From NCBI GenBank assembly GCA_965248575.1, contig CBDFJQ010000002.1, positions 4,288,001-4,352,000 of the forward strand: 64,000 nt of DNA. Direction: 5' to 3'. Both the position numbers and the translations under genes were made by a program. Source of the DNA: Planctomycetota bacterium (lineage in GTDB: Bacteria > Planctomycetota > B15-G4). This document shows, piece by piece, positions 9,290 to 18,570 of this stretch. The notes beneath the pieces are model-generated. The model searched no databases, had not been told where the DNA came from, and saw nothing but the letters and a program-made list of their open reading frames with translations. Position 1 is the stretch's first letter; the number at the start of each line of letters is the position of its first letter.

Positions 9290-10060
9290 TCATCCCGGCA
9301 CCAACGATAGGCACGCCCCCACAAGATCCTGAACCACCGCACGTGCGTACTCCCCATCGTCCCCCCGTGTCGCCTTGATGATCTTCCCCCCTTCCTCCTG
9401 AACGCGACGGACACTCTCGGCGAGGTCGCCGACGGGGAGGCAGATCATCCAGACAGGCGGCAGACCCAGGTTCACGCCGCGCGCGTGGCGAATGCCCGCC
9501 GCCGGGTTTCCGTCAGCGCCGACCATGTTGTAGTCGGCGTAGCGCTCGCTTGCGTCCTCCATCTCGACGTCCTGCGCCGACCAGCCAACGACCTGTCGGT
9601 AGAAGTCATGGGTTGCCGAGGCGTCGGAGACCGTTAGGTCGAGCCAGGAGATGTGCCCCACATGCGCCGCGACGCCGTCAGTCGGGGGGATCTCCTCCGC
9701 AGAAACGACTGGGATGATCCCGAACGCCGCCCCATTCGGATCGAGTAGCACCGCCCATTGGCTCTTCTCATCATGCATGAGCTCTTTCCCGCCCAGATCG
9801 AGCGCACGCTTCGCACTGGCTGCGACATCGGCGACCTGAATGTGCGGCATCCATTGGAGCGGAATGTGAGCATATTCAGCGCTGGTCGGGCCCAAGCCGA
9901 TGATCGGCGTGCCCTGGTTGTTCATCAGATCCTCGCGCCAAAGCGGGTTCTCACCGGTGGTGAGCACGCGTGAGTAGAAGCGCACTTCACGTTCGTGTTC
10001 GGGAACGGCGATGTCGGCGCTGAGGATTCCGCCGACGCGCGGGACAATGGGGTCACTCAT
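9290..10060 (-). CDS. Gene cassette: tandem-domain VOC/glyoxalase family protein
   Basis: Two VOC halves (WMPHIQVADVAAS...DPNGAAFGI; WLDLTVSDA...FYRQVVGW...DLVGA); start ATG 10060. Confidence 0.9.
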   Translation of the reverse strand: MSDPIVPRVGGILSADIAVPEHEREVRFYSRVLTTGENPLWREDLMNNQGTPIIGLGPTSAEYAHIPLQWMPHIQVADVAASAKRALDLGGKELMHDEKSQWAVLLDPNGAAFGIIPVVSAEEIPPTDGVAAHVGHISWLDLTVSDASATHDFYRQVVGWSAQDVEMEDASERYADYNMVGADGNPAAGIRHARGVNLGLPPVWMICLPVGDLAESVRRVQEEGGKIIKATRGDDGEYARAVVQDLVGACLSLVPG

Positions 10061-10232
10061 GGTTCGCGTCCTGGTTGACATCACGTTGAGTGGCGCGTGA
10101 AGGCCCACTTGCTGGAGATCGTAGTCCACATGGGCTCGCAATCGCGGCAACGATTTCGAAGCAGCGACCCAAGACCTGCTCGAAAAGACGTGCCGGGTGA
10201 GCCTACAGTTCGCGCGCGTTGATCCCGAGGCG

Positions 10233-10299
10233 GCCTAACGGTACTGCCGTTCAGCGGAGGGCCGCGTAGCGGACCGTCCGCTGCAAGCGCTTGTTAGGT
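10233..10299 (-). mobile_element. attC site
   Basis: Minus strand ACCTAAC-AAGCG-CTTGCAGC...GCTGAAC-GGCAGTACC-GTTAGGC; the TAA stop of the upstream gene lies inside the R'' box, as is typical for cassettes. Confidence 0.92.
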
Positions 10300-10677
10300 G
10301 GCGTCGAGTCTCGCGCAATACCATGACTTGGCACTTCGAGTGAGAAGAAGGATTGCTGCACCAATGTAGCATGCAGAGCTGGATGCCTTGACTACCTTGA
10401 TGCTTACAGGCCAGTCGGCGGATGTGAGCGTGAGGTAACTGCCGGGTAGGGCAAGTGCGACCACGATGATTAACAAGAGCCGAGCCCAACTTCGTTGCTT
10501 CGCGACAGCCCAAACTAGGCCGATCCAGAGGGCCATCGGGAAAAGGACGCTGAGAAGCGTGCCCCCCAGGCCAACCCGTGCCTGCACCGAGGGCCACAGA
10601 TAAGCGGTGTTGACCAATCCGATTCCGAGCCCCAGCAACAGGAGCAGGATGGCAACTCTTACTGTTGGTGGAGTCAT
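10294..10677 (-). CDS. Gene cassette: small integral membrane protein (about 4 TM)
   Basis: Four hydrophobic segments, R.WAR and LL.R.A..WY motifs; stop codon within attC R''; start ATG 10677. Confidence 0.8.
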   Translation of the reverse strand: MTPPTVRVAILLLLLGLGIGLVNTAYLWPSVQARVGLGGTLLSVLFPMALWIGLVWAVAKQRSWARLLLIIVVALALPGSYLTLTSADWPVSIKVVKASSSACYIGAAILLLTRSAKSWYCARLDAT

Positions 10678-10696
10678 AGGGTTCTGGGCATCGCCC

Positions 10697-10726
10697 ACCT
10701 AACTACAACTAGACAGCGAAGCTGCC
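10697..10726 (-). mobile_element. attI-like primary recombination site (copy 1)
   Basis: Minus strand ...GCAGCTTCGCTGTCTAGTTGTAGTTAGGT: GTTRRRY core at the head of the array with an imperfect inverse site and no attC hairpin; near-identical to 19804-19832. Confidence 0.7.
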
Positions 10727-10854
10727 CGTGAATCCTGCGCGAAAAGCCAGCGCGGGGTGCCTCCGTTTTGACCTTGGTCGCCCCGGTTTCCCATCTGCGT
10801 GTTCTTCTCCCCAATTGGCGTTTACCGTTGACGATCGCCCTTCCTGAAGAGTCG

Positions 10855-10883
10855 AGGGTAGCTCGGATAGGCGGGTCCGTCTA
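10855..10883 (-). promoter_or_regulatory. Putative cassette promoter Pc (copy 1)
   Basis: TAGACG-N17-TACCCT pointing towards the attI-like site; hexamers and spacing conserved in the second copy at 19969-19997. Confidence 0.6.
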
Positions 10884-11003
10884 TCCGGCTCGCTGGCGGG
10901 AGCTTAGAGGCCAATCGATGGGCTGTTGCCGTGGCAGCGACCCCTCCGAGCCTGCTTGAGCGGGTGGCGTTATGCGGACCCGCACAATCCTCCACCGCCT
11001 CAC

Positions 11004-11149
11004 TCTTCACGGACTGTTTCCCAGGGCCTGCCTACCCTGCGGCGCCCCATGGGTTGGGAATCGAGCAGATCTCCCCAGGCATGTCGCTCCATTCAAACTG
11101 GCAACGAGAGGCAGCATGACGGCAGCGGACGGGCCAGCCCAGGACGGCG
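11004..11149 (+). repeat. Decayed direct repeat of the upstream region and first codons of the kinase gene (other copy 13029-13216)
   Basis: Shared TCTTCA.GGACTGTTTCCC.GGGC...CCTACCCTGCGGCGC and ACTGGCAACGAGAGGCAGCATGACGGCAGCGG; encodes MTAADGPAQDG versus MTAAGEPAQDG; about 40 bp missing in this copy. Confidence 0.9.
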
Positions 11150-11186
11150 GCTTGTCTGTTTAGGTTCTACTCGTATCGTGATCAGA

Positions 11187-12977
11187 ATGACAAACTCAAG
11201 GTCCTGTGCTGTTTGGTTCGTCCTGCTCGTGTTGTTCCTCACTGCGTGTCGAGCGGAGCCACAACGGGAAGCTCGAGTCGTCGACGCGGAGCGCGCTGAC
11301 GAGTCGAGGGACGAGCGCGTCCTGTCGAGGAACCAGCGCGTCCTTGTCGAGCTTCTGACCGAATGGCCGACGGCTGAGCGCATCCCCGGGCGTGACATGG
11401 CGCTCCTCTCGCTGGCATCGTCGTCGTCGATCCAGGAGCTGGTGCTCATCGAGGGCGAGATTCTGGATGTACTGATTCGTGATGGTGTCGAGCCGATCGC
11501 GTCGTTCCTGATGCACTACATCGAGCGGCTCGCGTTCGCGCAACCTCCGAACTGGGAGAGGCGCGTCGACGATGTGTTGATGGTTGCCGAGACGTTCCTT
11601 CCCCTGAAGAAACTCCCGGAGCGGGACCGTACGATCGGCGCGATCCGTTTCGGTACGACACCGACGATCGAGATCTTCTCCCTCGAGCTCGCGAATCTGT
11701 TCTTCTGCAAGGTCAAGACGGACTCCGGGCGCGCGAGCTTGGAGACTGGCGGCGGAGCCCACGAGATCATGGCCCTTGGCGTCGTACTGGGTGAGTACTG
11801 CCCTGGGATGCAGCGCCCGGCCGAGGATGACGAAGAAGGCCAGCGGCTTTGGAAGCTCTGCCAGGAGGCCTCGAGTTCGTGCGTCACAGAAGAGGATTCC
11901 GGCCGCCCGGGCTCGGGTGGTGGAGCTGGGAACTTCGGCCTTGGCGACTCCTTCATGGCCTGTGCGGATCCTGGTGCGGCGGACCAAGCTCGAATCATGC
12001 GGGAGGTGGAAGCCGTGAGGCGTTGCGCGGAGCTGCGTTTCACGTCTCCAACCGACCCGCTTGCGTCCGGCGGGGGTAGCTGGAGTGCGCCGGGAGGCCT
12101 TAAGGAAGGCGGGTACTCCAAGCACGAATGGTGGGAGAACGAGGAGGGCTCTGGCGAGGAGAACTGGGATTGGTCGGGAGAGGAGATCACCGACGCCGCT
12201 GCCGAGGATCCCAACGTGGCCGGGGCAGTTGACGAACTTCAGGCCGCCTCAGACGACTACATGGGCTGCGAGGGTTCGGAAGGACCGGGCGACCCCTGCC
12301 ACGAATCCCTCAAGGAGTTTGAGCAGGCAGACCAGGAGTTCCGCGACGCGATGTACTGCCACGAGAACCCTGACAATTGCCAGAGTACCGAGGATGGCGT
12401 CATCATCATCGTCGAGGACGCCGAGGAAGAGGAAGAGGACGATCCCGACGGAACGGAGCGCGTGGCGACACCAGTCGAGGGCCAGCTTCCCGACGTGTGT
12501 CTGCCGGAGGCGCTGCGCCTGCACAAGACGACGATTCGCGACCTGATGGGTGGTGCCGAGTTGCCGCTCAGCATCTGTCAGGTCGCCTTGACACAGGGAG
12601 ACCAGTGCGACCAACAGGTCGACAGCGAGTGTCGTCCCTGGCAATTCATGATGCCGGCGGCGGCGACTCAGTGCGCAGGGGTCTTCAGCCGACTTTGCCA
12701 GCTCATCGACCTCCCTCCCGACAGCTCGCCGCTGGACCTCTGTGCTTGCTATCAGGAACCCGGGGACTTCTCGACAACGCCCGCTCGGTGGTCCGAGCTG
12801 CTGGCGGTGCTCATGACGGTTCCGGGGGCGTGCCAGAGACGCTTGTGCGCCGACGGCTATCGGTGTGATCAGCAGACAGGCGGCTGTGTGCCGGAGTTCG
12901 AGTCCGCAGATGATCCCGTCCCGCCCGGGCCGGAGCCACAGCCCGGGGCGATCCATTTCTTGCACTTCTGGAACTGA
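11187..12977 (+). CDS. Cys-rich, acidic hypothetical lipoprotein
   Basis: Start ATG 11187, lipobox FLTAC, about 20 further cysteines and Asp/Glu-rich tracts. Confidence 0.8.
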   Translation: MTNSRSCAVWFVLLVLFLTACRAEPQREARVVDAERADESRDERVLSRNQRVLVELLTEWPTAERIPGRDMALLSLASSSSIQELVLIEGEILDVLIRDGVEPIASFLMHYIERLAFAQPPNWERRVDDVLMVAETFLPLKKLPERDRTIGAIRFGTTPTIEIFSLELANLFFCKVKTDSGRASLETGGGAHEIMALGVVLGEYCPGMQRPAEDDEEGQRLWKLCQEASSSCVTEEDSGRPGSGGGAGNFGLGDSFMACADPGAADQARIMREVEAVRRCAELRFTSPTDPLASGGGSWSAPGGLKEGGYSKHEWWENEEGSGEENWDWSGEEITDAAAEDPNVAGAVDELQAASDDYMGCEGSEGPGDPCHESLKEFEQADQEFRDAMYCHENPDNCQSTEDGVIIIVEDAEEEEEDDPDGTERVATPVEGQLPDVCLPEALRLHKTTIRDLMGGAELPLSICQVALTQGDQCDQQVDSECRPWQFMMPAAATQCAGVFSRLCQLIDLPPDSSPLDLCACYQEPGDFSTTPARWSELLAVLMTVPGACQRRLCADGYRCDQQTGGCVPEFESADDPVPPGPEPQPGAIHFLHFWN

Positions 12978-13182
12978 GGTCTTCGGCTCTCCGGTTGGGA
13001 GAGAAGAGCCGCTGCCTTGTCGCCCGAGTCTTCATGGACTGTTTCCCTGGGCTCACCTACCCTGCGGCGCGCGTTGGGCTGCGACTCGGGCCAGGCTTCC
13101 CTAGCCAGGTCCGTCCATCGAGTGAGTGCAGCGCTTGACAGTGCTGGGCAACGATCAGCGACGACTGGCAACGAGAGGCAGC

Positions 13183-16100
13183 ATGACGGCAGCGGGCGAA
13201 CCAGCGCAGGACGGCGACGCGAACAAGGGCGACGCGAACGACCCTCTCTCGTCGGTGCAGCCGCTCACCAGCAGCGTGCTGGCGGCCTTGGCTTCCCGTG
13301 GCCTGGATCTCCCCGGCGTCTCACGGCCCGCCGACACGGGTGTGGATGGCGACCCGGTTGACGCTCCGCGCTACACCGTGCTCGAGCAGGTAGCCCGGGG
13401 CGGCATGGGCGTCATCATGCGCGTGCGGGATGAAGACCTGCGGCGCGACTTGGCCATGAAGGTCTTGGACCGGGCGGGGCGCGAGCCCGACGCCATGGCC
13501 AGCGACCCGCGCGACTTGGGACGCTTCTTGGAAGAGGCGCAGGTCACGGGACAGTTGGACCACCCGGGCGTGCCGCCTATCCACGAGCTGGGGCTGGATC
13601 GCGACGGGCGTTTGTTCTTCACCATGAAGCTGGTGCGGGGTGGCACCTTTCTGGACGTGATCCAGGACGTGAGCAAGGCGCGCGAAGGATGGACGGTCAC
13701 GCGCGCCCTGGGCGTGGTGCTGAAGGTCTGCGAGGCGCTGGCTTACGCCCATCACAAGGGCGTCGTGCATCGCGACATCAAGCCCGCCAACATCATGGTG
13801 GGGCGTTTCGGCGAAACCTACGTCATGGACTGGGGGCTGGCGAAGGTTGTGGACGAAGGCGCGGCGGCCGGCGACGGCCAGCCCAGCTACGAGAGTCTCG
13901 TCTCGCGCAGCATCGTGCACACCGACCGGCGGGAAGCGCTGGGCGAAGACGGAAGCACCCACGCCACCCTCGACGGGGACGTGGTGGGCACGCCGGCCTA
14001 CATGGCCCCCGAACAAGCGCGCGGCCAGATCGAAGCCTTGGGCCCGCACAGCGACATCTACGCCGTGGGCGCTTTGCTCTATCACCTGATCGCGGGGCAG
14101 GCGCCCTACATCGAGCCGGGCGTGCGCGTCTCGCCCCACAGCGTGTTGCGTTGGGTCATCGACGGTCCGCCCAAACCTTTGGCGAGCTTGGCACCTGACG
14201 CGCCCGCCGAACTGGTGGCCATCATCGATAAGGCCATGGCTCGCGAACCGACCCTTCGCTACACGAACATGCTTGCCCTGGCCGGCGATCTGCAGGCCTT
14301 CATCGAAGACCGCGTGGTGCGCGCGTACCAATCGGGCGCCTGGGCCGAGGCGCGCAAGTGGGTCACGCGCAACAAGCCCCTGGCCGCCGCGGCCGGCTTG
14401 CTGCTGGTGGTCACGGTGGGTGCCCTGGGCGCCGTCTCCTGGGTCGAGTCCAGCGGCCGCGCGAAGGTCGAGGAACGCAACCTGCTGTTGGGCGAAAGCA
14501 ACTCCGCGCTCGAAGACGCAAACGCGCAGCTGGGCCAGGCCAACACAGCGCTCGAGGACAAGAACGTCGAGTTGGCCGACACCAACGCCGCCCTGGACAA
14601 AGAGCGCGCGGCGGCCGAACTCGCCCGCGCTGCTGCCGAAGAATCCCGGGCGGAGGCGCTGGCCAATGCCGAGCGAGCCCTGACCAACGCAGAGTTGGCC
14701 CAATCCAACGCCGACCTGGCAGAGGCCAGCGCGCGCGAAGCGGAGCAGAACGAACGCCGTGCACGGACGGAAAGTTACTCGGCCAATATGACCGCCGCCG
14801 TGGCCGCGCTAGATGTAGGCGGAGGCGCCGCCGCGCGTCGACACCTGGCCGCCTGCCCGGAAGACCTACGCGGTTGGGACTGGCGCCACCTTTCTCTGCG
14901 CGCGGACCCCAGCCTGCATGTGTGGGAGGGATCCGAATCCCTGCTCTACGATGTCGTGCACAGCGCTGACGGGAGCCTGCTCGCCACGGCTTCCGGACCC
15001 TTCTTCGGGTTCGGCGCCGATGTCAACGAGGCGCGCATCCTGGACGCCACCTCTGGCGAGACGCTGCTTTCCATACCCGCACAGGGCTCCGTCTTCGAAG
15101 TGGCCTTCTCGCCTGACGCTCGGGTCTTGGCCTTCGGCGCCGATGACTACATTGTTCTGTGGGACATCCAGCGCAATCGGCAACTCGGCTCGCGGCATTG
15201 GGTCGGCAGTGGCAGCTACAGCTTGGAGTTCCTCGACAACGATCGGCTGTTGTCGGTGGTTGCAGGCAGTGGTGGGCTGACCAGCAGTTTGGAGGTTCGG
15301 AACATCTTGACCCAAGAGGTGGAGTTGTCGCGCGAAGCCAACCCCGCCATGACGTCGGCCAGCGTCTCGCCCGATGGGACACGGCTGGCCGTCGGCCACG
15401 CGGACCACTCGGTCGAGCTGCTGTCCCTGCCCCAGGGCAAGCTGCTGTGGCGTCGGCCAGGGTTCGGCTTGGCCGACATCCAATCGGTGCAGATGGACGG
15501 TTTGCCGGGCGTCACGGGTTTGGACTTCGACGCAGCAGGGGAGCATCTGGTGGTGGCCGGCCGAGACCAGGTGCTGCGGCTGCTGGACGCTCAAGACGGG
15601 CGCGAGCTCGTCCAGCATCTGGTGGAGGAGGGCGTCCCTCATTCTCCGCGCTTTCATCCCGACGGCCCCTGGGTCCTGGTGGGTGATACGAGCGGTTCGG
15701 TGCGCTTTCTCGACGCCCATACACTCGATGAGATCGAACGCTTGTCGGGGCACGATCAGGTGGTGCTGTCCCTGTCCATCAGCCCGGACGGCGACCAGCT
15801 CGTCTCGGGCGACATCCTGGGCAACCTCCGCGTCTGGGACGGGCGGCCCGGCGCCGCCTCCTTGATGATCGCCAACCGCGCCGCCGTCGAAGGCCTGGGG
15901 CGGGATCCCGGCCGGCGTGCGCTTGAGTTCTCGCCGGACGGTCGCCTGGTGGCCTGGACACCTTCCATCCGCGCGGTGCTCGTAGCGGACGCCATCACGG
16001 GGGAGGTGCTCTACCGCTTGGCCGAGGTGACCAGCGCGATAGGCGGCTTGGCGTTCTCGCCCGATGGCCGGGAGATTCACGTCCAGTCGGAGGTCGAGGG

Positions 16101-17406
16101 GCTGCTCAGCTTCGATGCCAGCGATGGGCGTTTGCTCAGCACGGCTCCGAGCGGATCGTTCGCCGACTGGTCGACCTTCGACAATTCCGGTTCGTTGCTG
16201 GCCATGGTTGAGTCTCGCAGCGACACGCGCATCGATCTGCGGGTGGTAGAGAATGGTGTTTGGGCTGCTCGACTCAGTGGCCACGAGGATTCCATCACCT
16301 CGGGCAGCTTCACCTCCGACAGCCAGCGCTTCGTGAGCTGTTCCGTGGACGGAAGCATCCGCACCTGGGACCTGCGCAGCGAAAGCGAAGTGGGTCGGAT
16401 CCAGACTGACGACGAGCTCCTGGGTCTCGAGCTGTACGACGGCGACCGGCGCGCGCTCACGACCTCCTTGGACCCGACCCGCAGCGGCCTCAGCATCTGG
16501 GATCTGGAGACCGGCGAGCTCATCGCGCGGCACCCCGCGCGCGGGCTGACGCTGCGCGGCGATTTGCACCCGGACGGCAAGCTCTGGGCCGGCACGGTCA
16601 GCAATGGTTCGGTGGGGCTCTGGAACCTGGAGCGCGGCGAGATGTTCAGCCTGTCCGCCAGCGACGCGCCCATCCTGCGCACGCGTTTCGACCCGACGGG
16701 GGCACGCCTCGCGGCGCTCGACCGGGCCGGCAGGTTGTTCTTGTGGGACACGGTGTCGCCCAGCGACCGAGCCGCCGCCCGCCGGGAGGTCTCGCATCTC
16801 GCACGCCGGGTGGGCGAGTCCCAAGCCCTCGTGGACGCGCTGGTGGATGAGCACCTGCTCATGAGCCAGGTGCTGCTGGCCTTGGAGGCCGACACCGCCC
16901 TGCCCGCTGACCTGCGAGAGGCCGCCGTGCGCGAGATGCGTGTGCGCGGCGACAGCGGGCCCCGGGCGCTGGTCAGCATCTGGGAGCGCCTGCTGCCCGC
17001 AGACATCCCCGACAGTGAGCTGGCCAGCTCACCCCAAACCATAGCCCAGGCCCAGGCCATGCTGCCCATCCTGTACGACATGCGAGCCGGTTGGATCGAG
17101 TACCAAGATTCCTGGGAGCCCCTCGTGTGGGCCCTGTACGTGCTCGGCCGCCACGACGAGGCCAGCGCGCTGCTGCCCGAGGGCCTCGAGCTGGGTTACT
17201 CGTTCGAGCCCAACGGCCCCCAGGCGATGTTGGTGATCCAGGTCTTGCTCACCGCGGCCTCGGGCGACGAGGACCTGGCGAGGGTGCAGCTCGTGACCGC
17301 CCGCACGACCTACGAGGACGCACAGCGGGACGCGCCGGGGGATGTGGAGGATTTGGAGCTGACGGGGCGCTTGTTGAGGTTCGCGGAGCTGCGGGTGGGG
17401 GGGTGA
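13183..17406 (+). CDS. Hanks-type Ser/Thr protein kinase with TM/coiled-coil and WD40 repeats
   Basis: ARGGMG, AMK, HRDIKPANIMV, DWGLAK, GTPAYMAPEQ, DIYAVG; multiple GH...WD repeats; start ATG 13183. Confidence 0.95.
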   Translation: MTAAGEPAQDGDANKGDANDPLSSVQPLTSSVLAALASRGLDLPGVSRPADTGVDGDPVDAPRYTVLEQVARGGMGVIMRVRDEDLRRDLAMKVLDRAGREPDAMASDPRDLGRFLEEAQVTGQLDHPGVPPIHELGLDRDGRLFFTMKLVRGGTFLDVIQDVSKAREGWTVTRALGVVLKVCEALAYAHHKGVVHRDIKPANIMVGRFGETYVMDWGLAKVVDEGAAAGDGQPSYESLVSRSIVHTDRREALGEDGSTHATLDGDVVGTPAYMAPEQARGQIEALGPHSDIYAVGALLYHLIAGQAPYIEPGVRVSPHSVLRWVIDGPPKPLASLAPDAPAELVAIIDKAMAREPTLRYTNMLALAGDLQAFIEDRVVRAYQSGAWAEARKWVTRNKPLAAAAGLLLVVTVGALGAVSWVESSGRAKVEERNLLLGESNSALEDANAQLGQANTALEDKNVELADTNAALDKERAAAELARAAAEESRAEALANAERALTNAELAQSNADLAEASAREAEQNERRARTESYSANMTAAVAALDVGGGAAARRHLAACPEDLRGWDWRHLSLRADPSLHVWEGSESLLYDVVHSADGSLLATASGPFFGFGADVNEARILDATSGETLLSIPAQGSVFEVAFSPDARVLAFGADDYIVLWDIQRNRQLGSRHWVGSGSYSLEFLDNDRLLSVVAGSGGLTSSLEVRNILTQEVELSREANPAMTSASVSPDGTRLAVGHADHSVELLSLPQGKLLWRRPGFGLADIQSVQMDGLPGVTGLDFDAAGEHLVVAGRDQVLRLLDAQDGRELVQHLVEEGVPHSPRFHPDGPWVLVGDTSGSVRFLDAHTLDEIERLSGHDQVVLSLSISPDGDQLVSGDILGNLRVWDGRPGAASLMIANRAAVEGLGRDPGRRALEFSPDGRLVAWTPSIRAVLVADAITGEVLYRLAEVTSAIGGLAFSPDGREIHVQSEVEGLLSFDASDGRLLSTAPSGSFADWSTFDNSGSLLAMVESRSDTRIDLRVVENGVWAARLSGHEDSITSGSFTSDSQRFVSCSVDGSIRTWDLRSESEVGRIQTDDELLGLELYDGDRRALTTSLDPTRSGLSIWDLETGELIARHPARGLTLRGDLHPDGKLWAGTVSNGSVGLWNLERGEMFSLSASDAPILRTRFDPTGARLAALDRAGRLFLWDTVSPSDRAAARREVSHLARRVGESQALVDALVDEHLLMSQVLLALEADTALPADLREAAVREMRVRGDSGPRALVSIWERLLPADIPDSELASSPQTIAQAQAMLPILYDMRAGWIEYQDSWEPLVWALYVLGRHDEASALLPEGLELGYSFEPNGPQAMLVIQVLLTAASGDEDLARVQLVTARTTYEDAQRDAPGDVEDLELTGRLLRFAELRVGG

Positions 17407-17422
17407 ATGGCTGAGACTGTCA

Positions 17423-18211
17423 TTACCCAAAGGCAGCTGCAGCAGAGCTGATCGCCGCACTACCGATTATGATTTCCGGCAAGAAGAACCAGCCGAAGGG
17501 CCCGCTCGCTAGACCAAGCATTCCTCCCCCGATGGCGCCGCCCAGGTCGGCCTTGCCGACGCCCCCCCAGTCCGTCGAGAACGGCGCGGGTGGATTGAAG
17601 GGAGGGCTCGCCCAGGCACTGGCTGCCTTCTGAGATTCTGCGTACCAGTAGGCGCCGCTGTATCGGGCCACCGAGAAAGCCCCCATCAGGTTGACCTTCT
17701 CTCGCGAGCTCATGGGTTGAGCGAGAGCGACAGCCTCAAGCTGCTTGACCGCGTTGATGAAGTTGGTGATCCCCATGCTCGTCGCGGCGTCCTGAAGTGA
17801 ATAGAGCTGATCCAGGATCCCAACCTCCGCGCTTGTCATGGAGCAATCATCTGGCAGCGTTCCAGGGACCATCATGGAGGTCATGAGGTCAATCTGGACC
17901 TGGTTTGCGCAAACGAACTCTGCTGTGAGCCTCTGCATGTTGAGCCGCCACAGATTTGGGGTGGCTCCCAGGCTGTTCTTGTTGCTGATGAGGAAGTCCA
18001 AGGCCTGGTTGTGCAGTTGGCCGACGAAGTCGACCTCGTTGGACGGATTGGAAGGGTCGGGGAAGTTCGGGGTTTGGCCCTTGTAGTGAGGTCGGCCGTG
18101 TCCGAGAGTCACCTGTTGAGTGGGCGGATTTAATTGCTTTGCGGCGACGGAAGTTTGAACGCTCACTCCTAAGAGAAGTACTGCCACGGTTTGTAGAAAA
18201 CGAATCGCCAT
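17423..18211 (-). CDS. Secreted protein with C-terminal glycine-zipper (bacteriocin-like) segment
   Basis: Signal peptide; NP.N..D.VG..HN and SVARYS..YW motifs; hydrophobic C-terminus WGGVGKADLGGAIGGGMLGLASGPFGW...SSAAAAFG. Confidence 0.75.
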   Translation of the reverse strand: MAIRFLQTVAVLLLGVSVQTSVAAKQLNPPTQQVTLGHGRPHYKGQTPNFPDPSNPSNEVDFVGQLHNQALDFLISNKNSLGATPNLWRLNMQRLTAEFVCANQVQIDLMTSMMVPGTLPDDCSMTSAEVGILDQLYSLQDAATSMGITNFINAVKQLEAVALAQPMSSREKVNLMGAFSVARYSGAYWYAESQKAASAWASPPFNPPAPFSTDWGGVGKADLGGAIGGGMLGLASGPFGWFFLPEIIIGSAAISSAAAAFG

Positions 18212-18435
18212 GAGTTTGTCTCCGGGTAACTGGATGCGTATGCGTAGCCTGAGCCTTGAGTGAAGTGATGATTCCTCGGGACTCCGCTGCAGTTACGGGC
18301 TCTTCCCCTGCTCCCGAAGGTTCGACATCTACTCTCACCTCAATGAGGGAAGCGTTCGAGTGAGGTGACAGCGGACATTAGTATTCAAGTTTTCTCACGG
18401 CGGCGCGTCGGTTCCGAGAACACTGTCTGACCAAT

Positions 18436-18453
18436 CCCCCCCCCCCCCCCCCC
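18436..18453. repeat. Homopolymer tract C18
   Basis: 18 consecutive C in the intergenic region upstream of 17423..18211. Confidence 0.9.
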
Positions 18454-18570
18454 GGGCCCGGCGCGATTCCAACCCTGTCACGCCAGCCAACGAGCGCCGA
18501 CTGTTCGTGACGCCCTTCCCCTCGGAATAGGGTTCCTTCCCTGTCTCGACCCTCACGGTCCTCGCGCGCC

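Noticed and set aside
7754..10299. Repeated palindromes as a CRISPR array or REP elements
   Set aside because: The units are diverged, separated by whole genes and have RYYYAAC...GTTRRRY ends, so they are attC sites.
10704..11000. Integron integrase gene or remnant next to the attI-like sites (also checked 19840-20140)
   Set aside because: No ORF with tyrosine recombinase R-H-R-H-Y motifs or an IntI patch was seen; a highly decayed remnant cannot be excluded without tBLASTn.
18480..18570. attC after the AlkD-like gene
   Set aside because: Only a GTTGGCT-like stretch is present; no R''/L boxes or hairpin.
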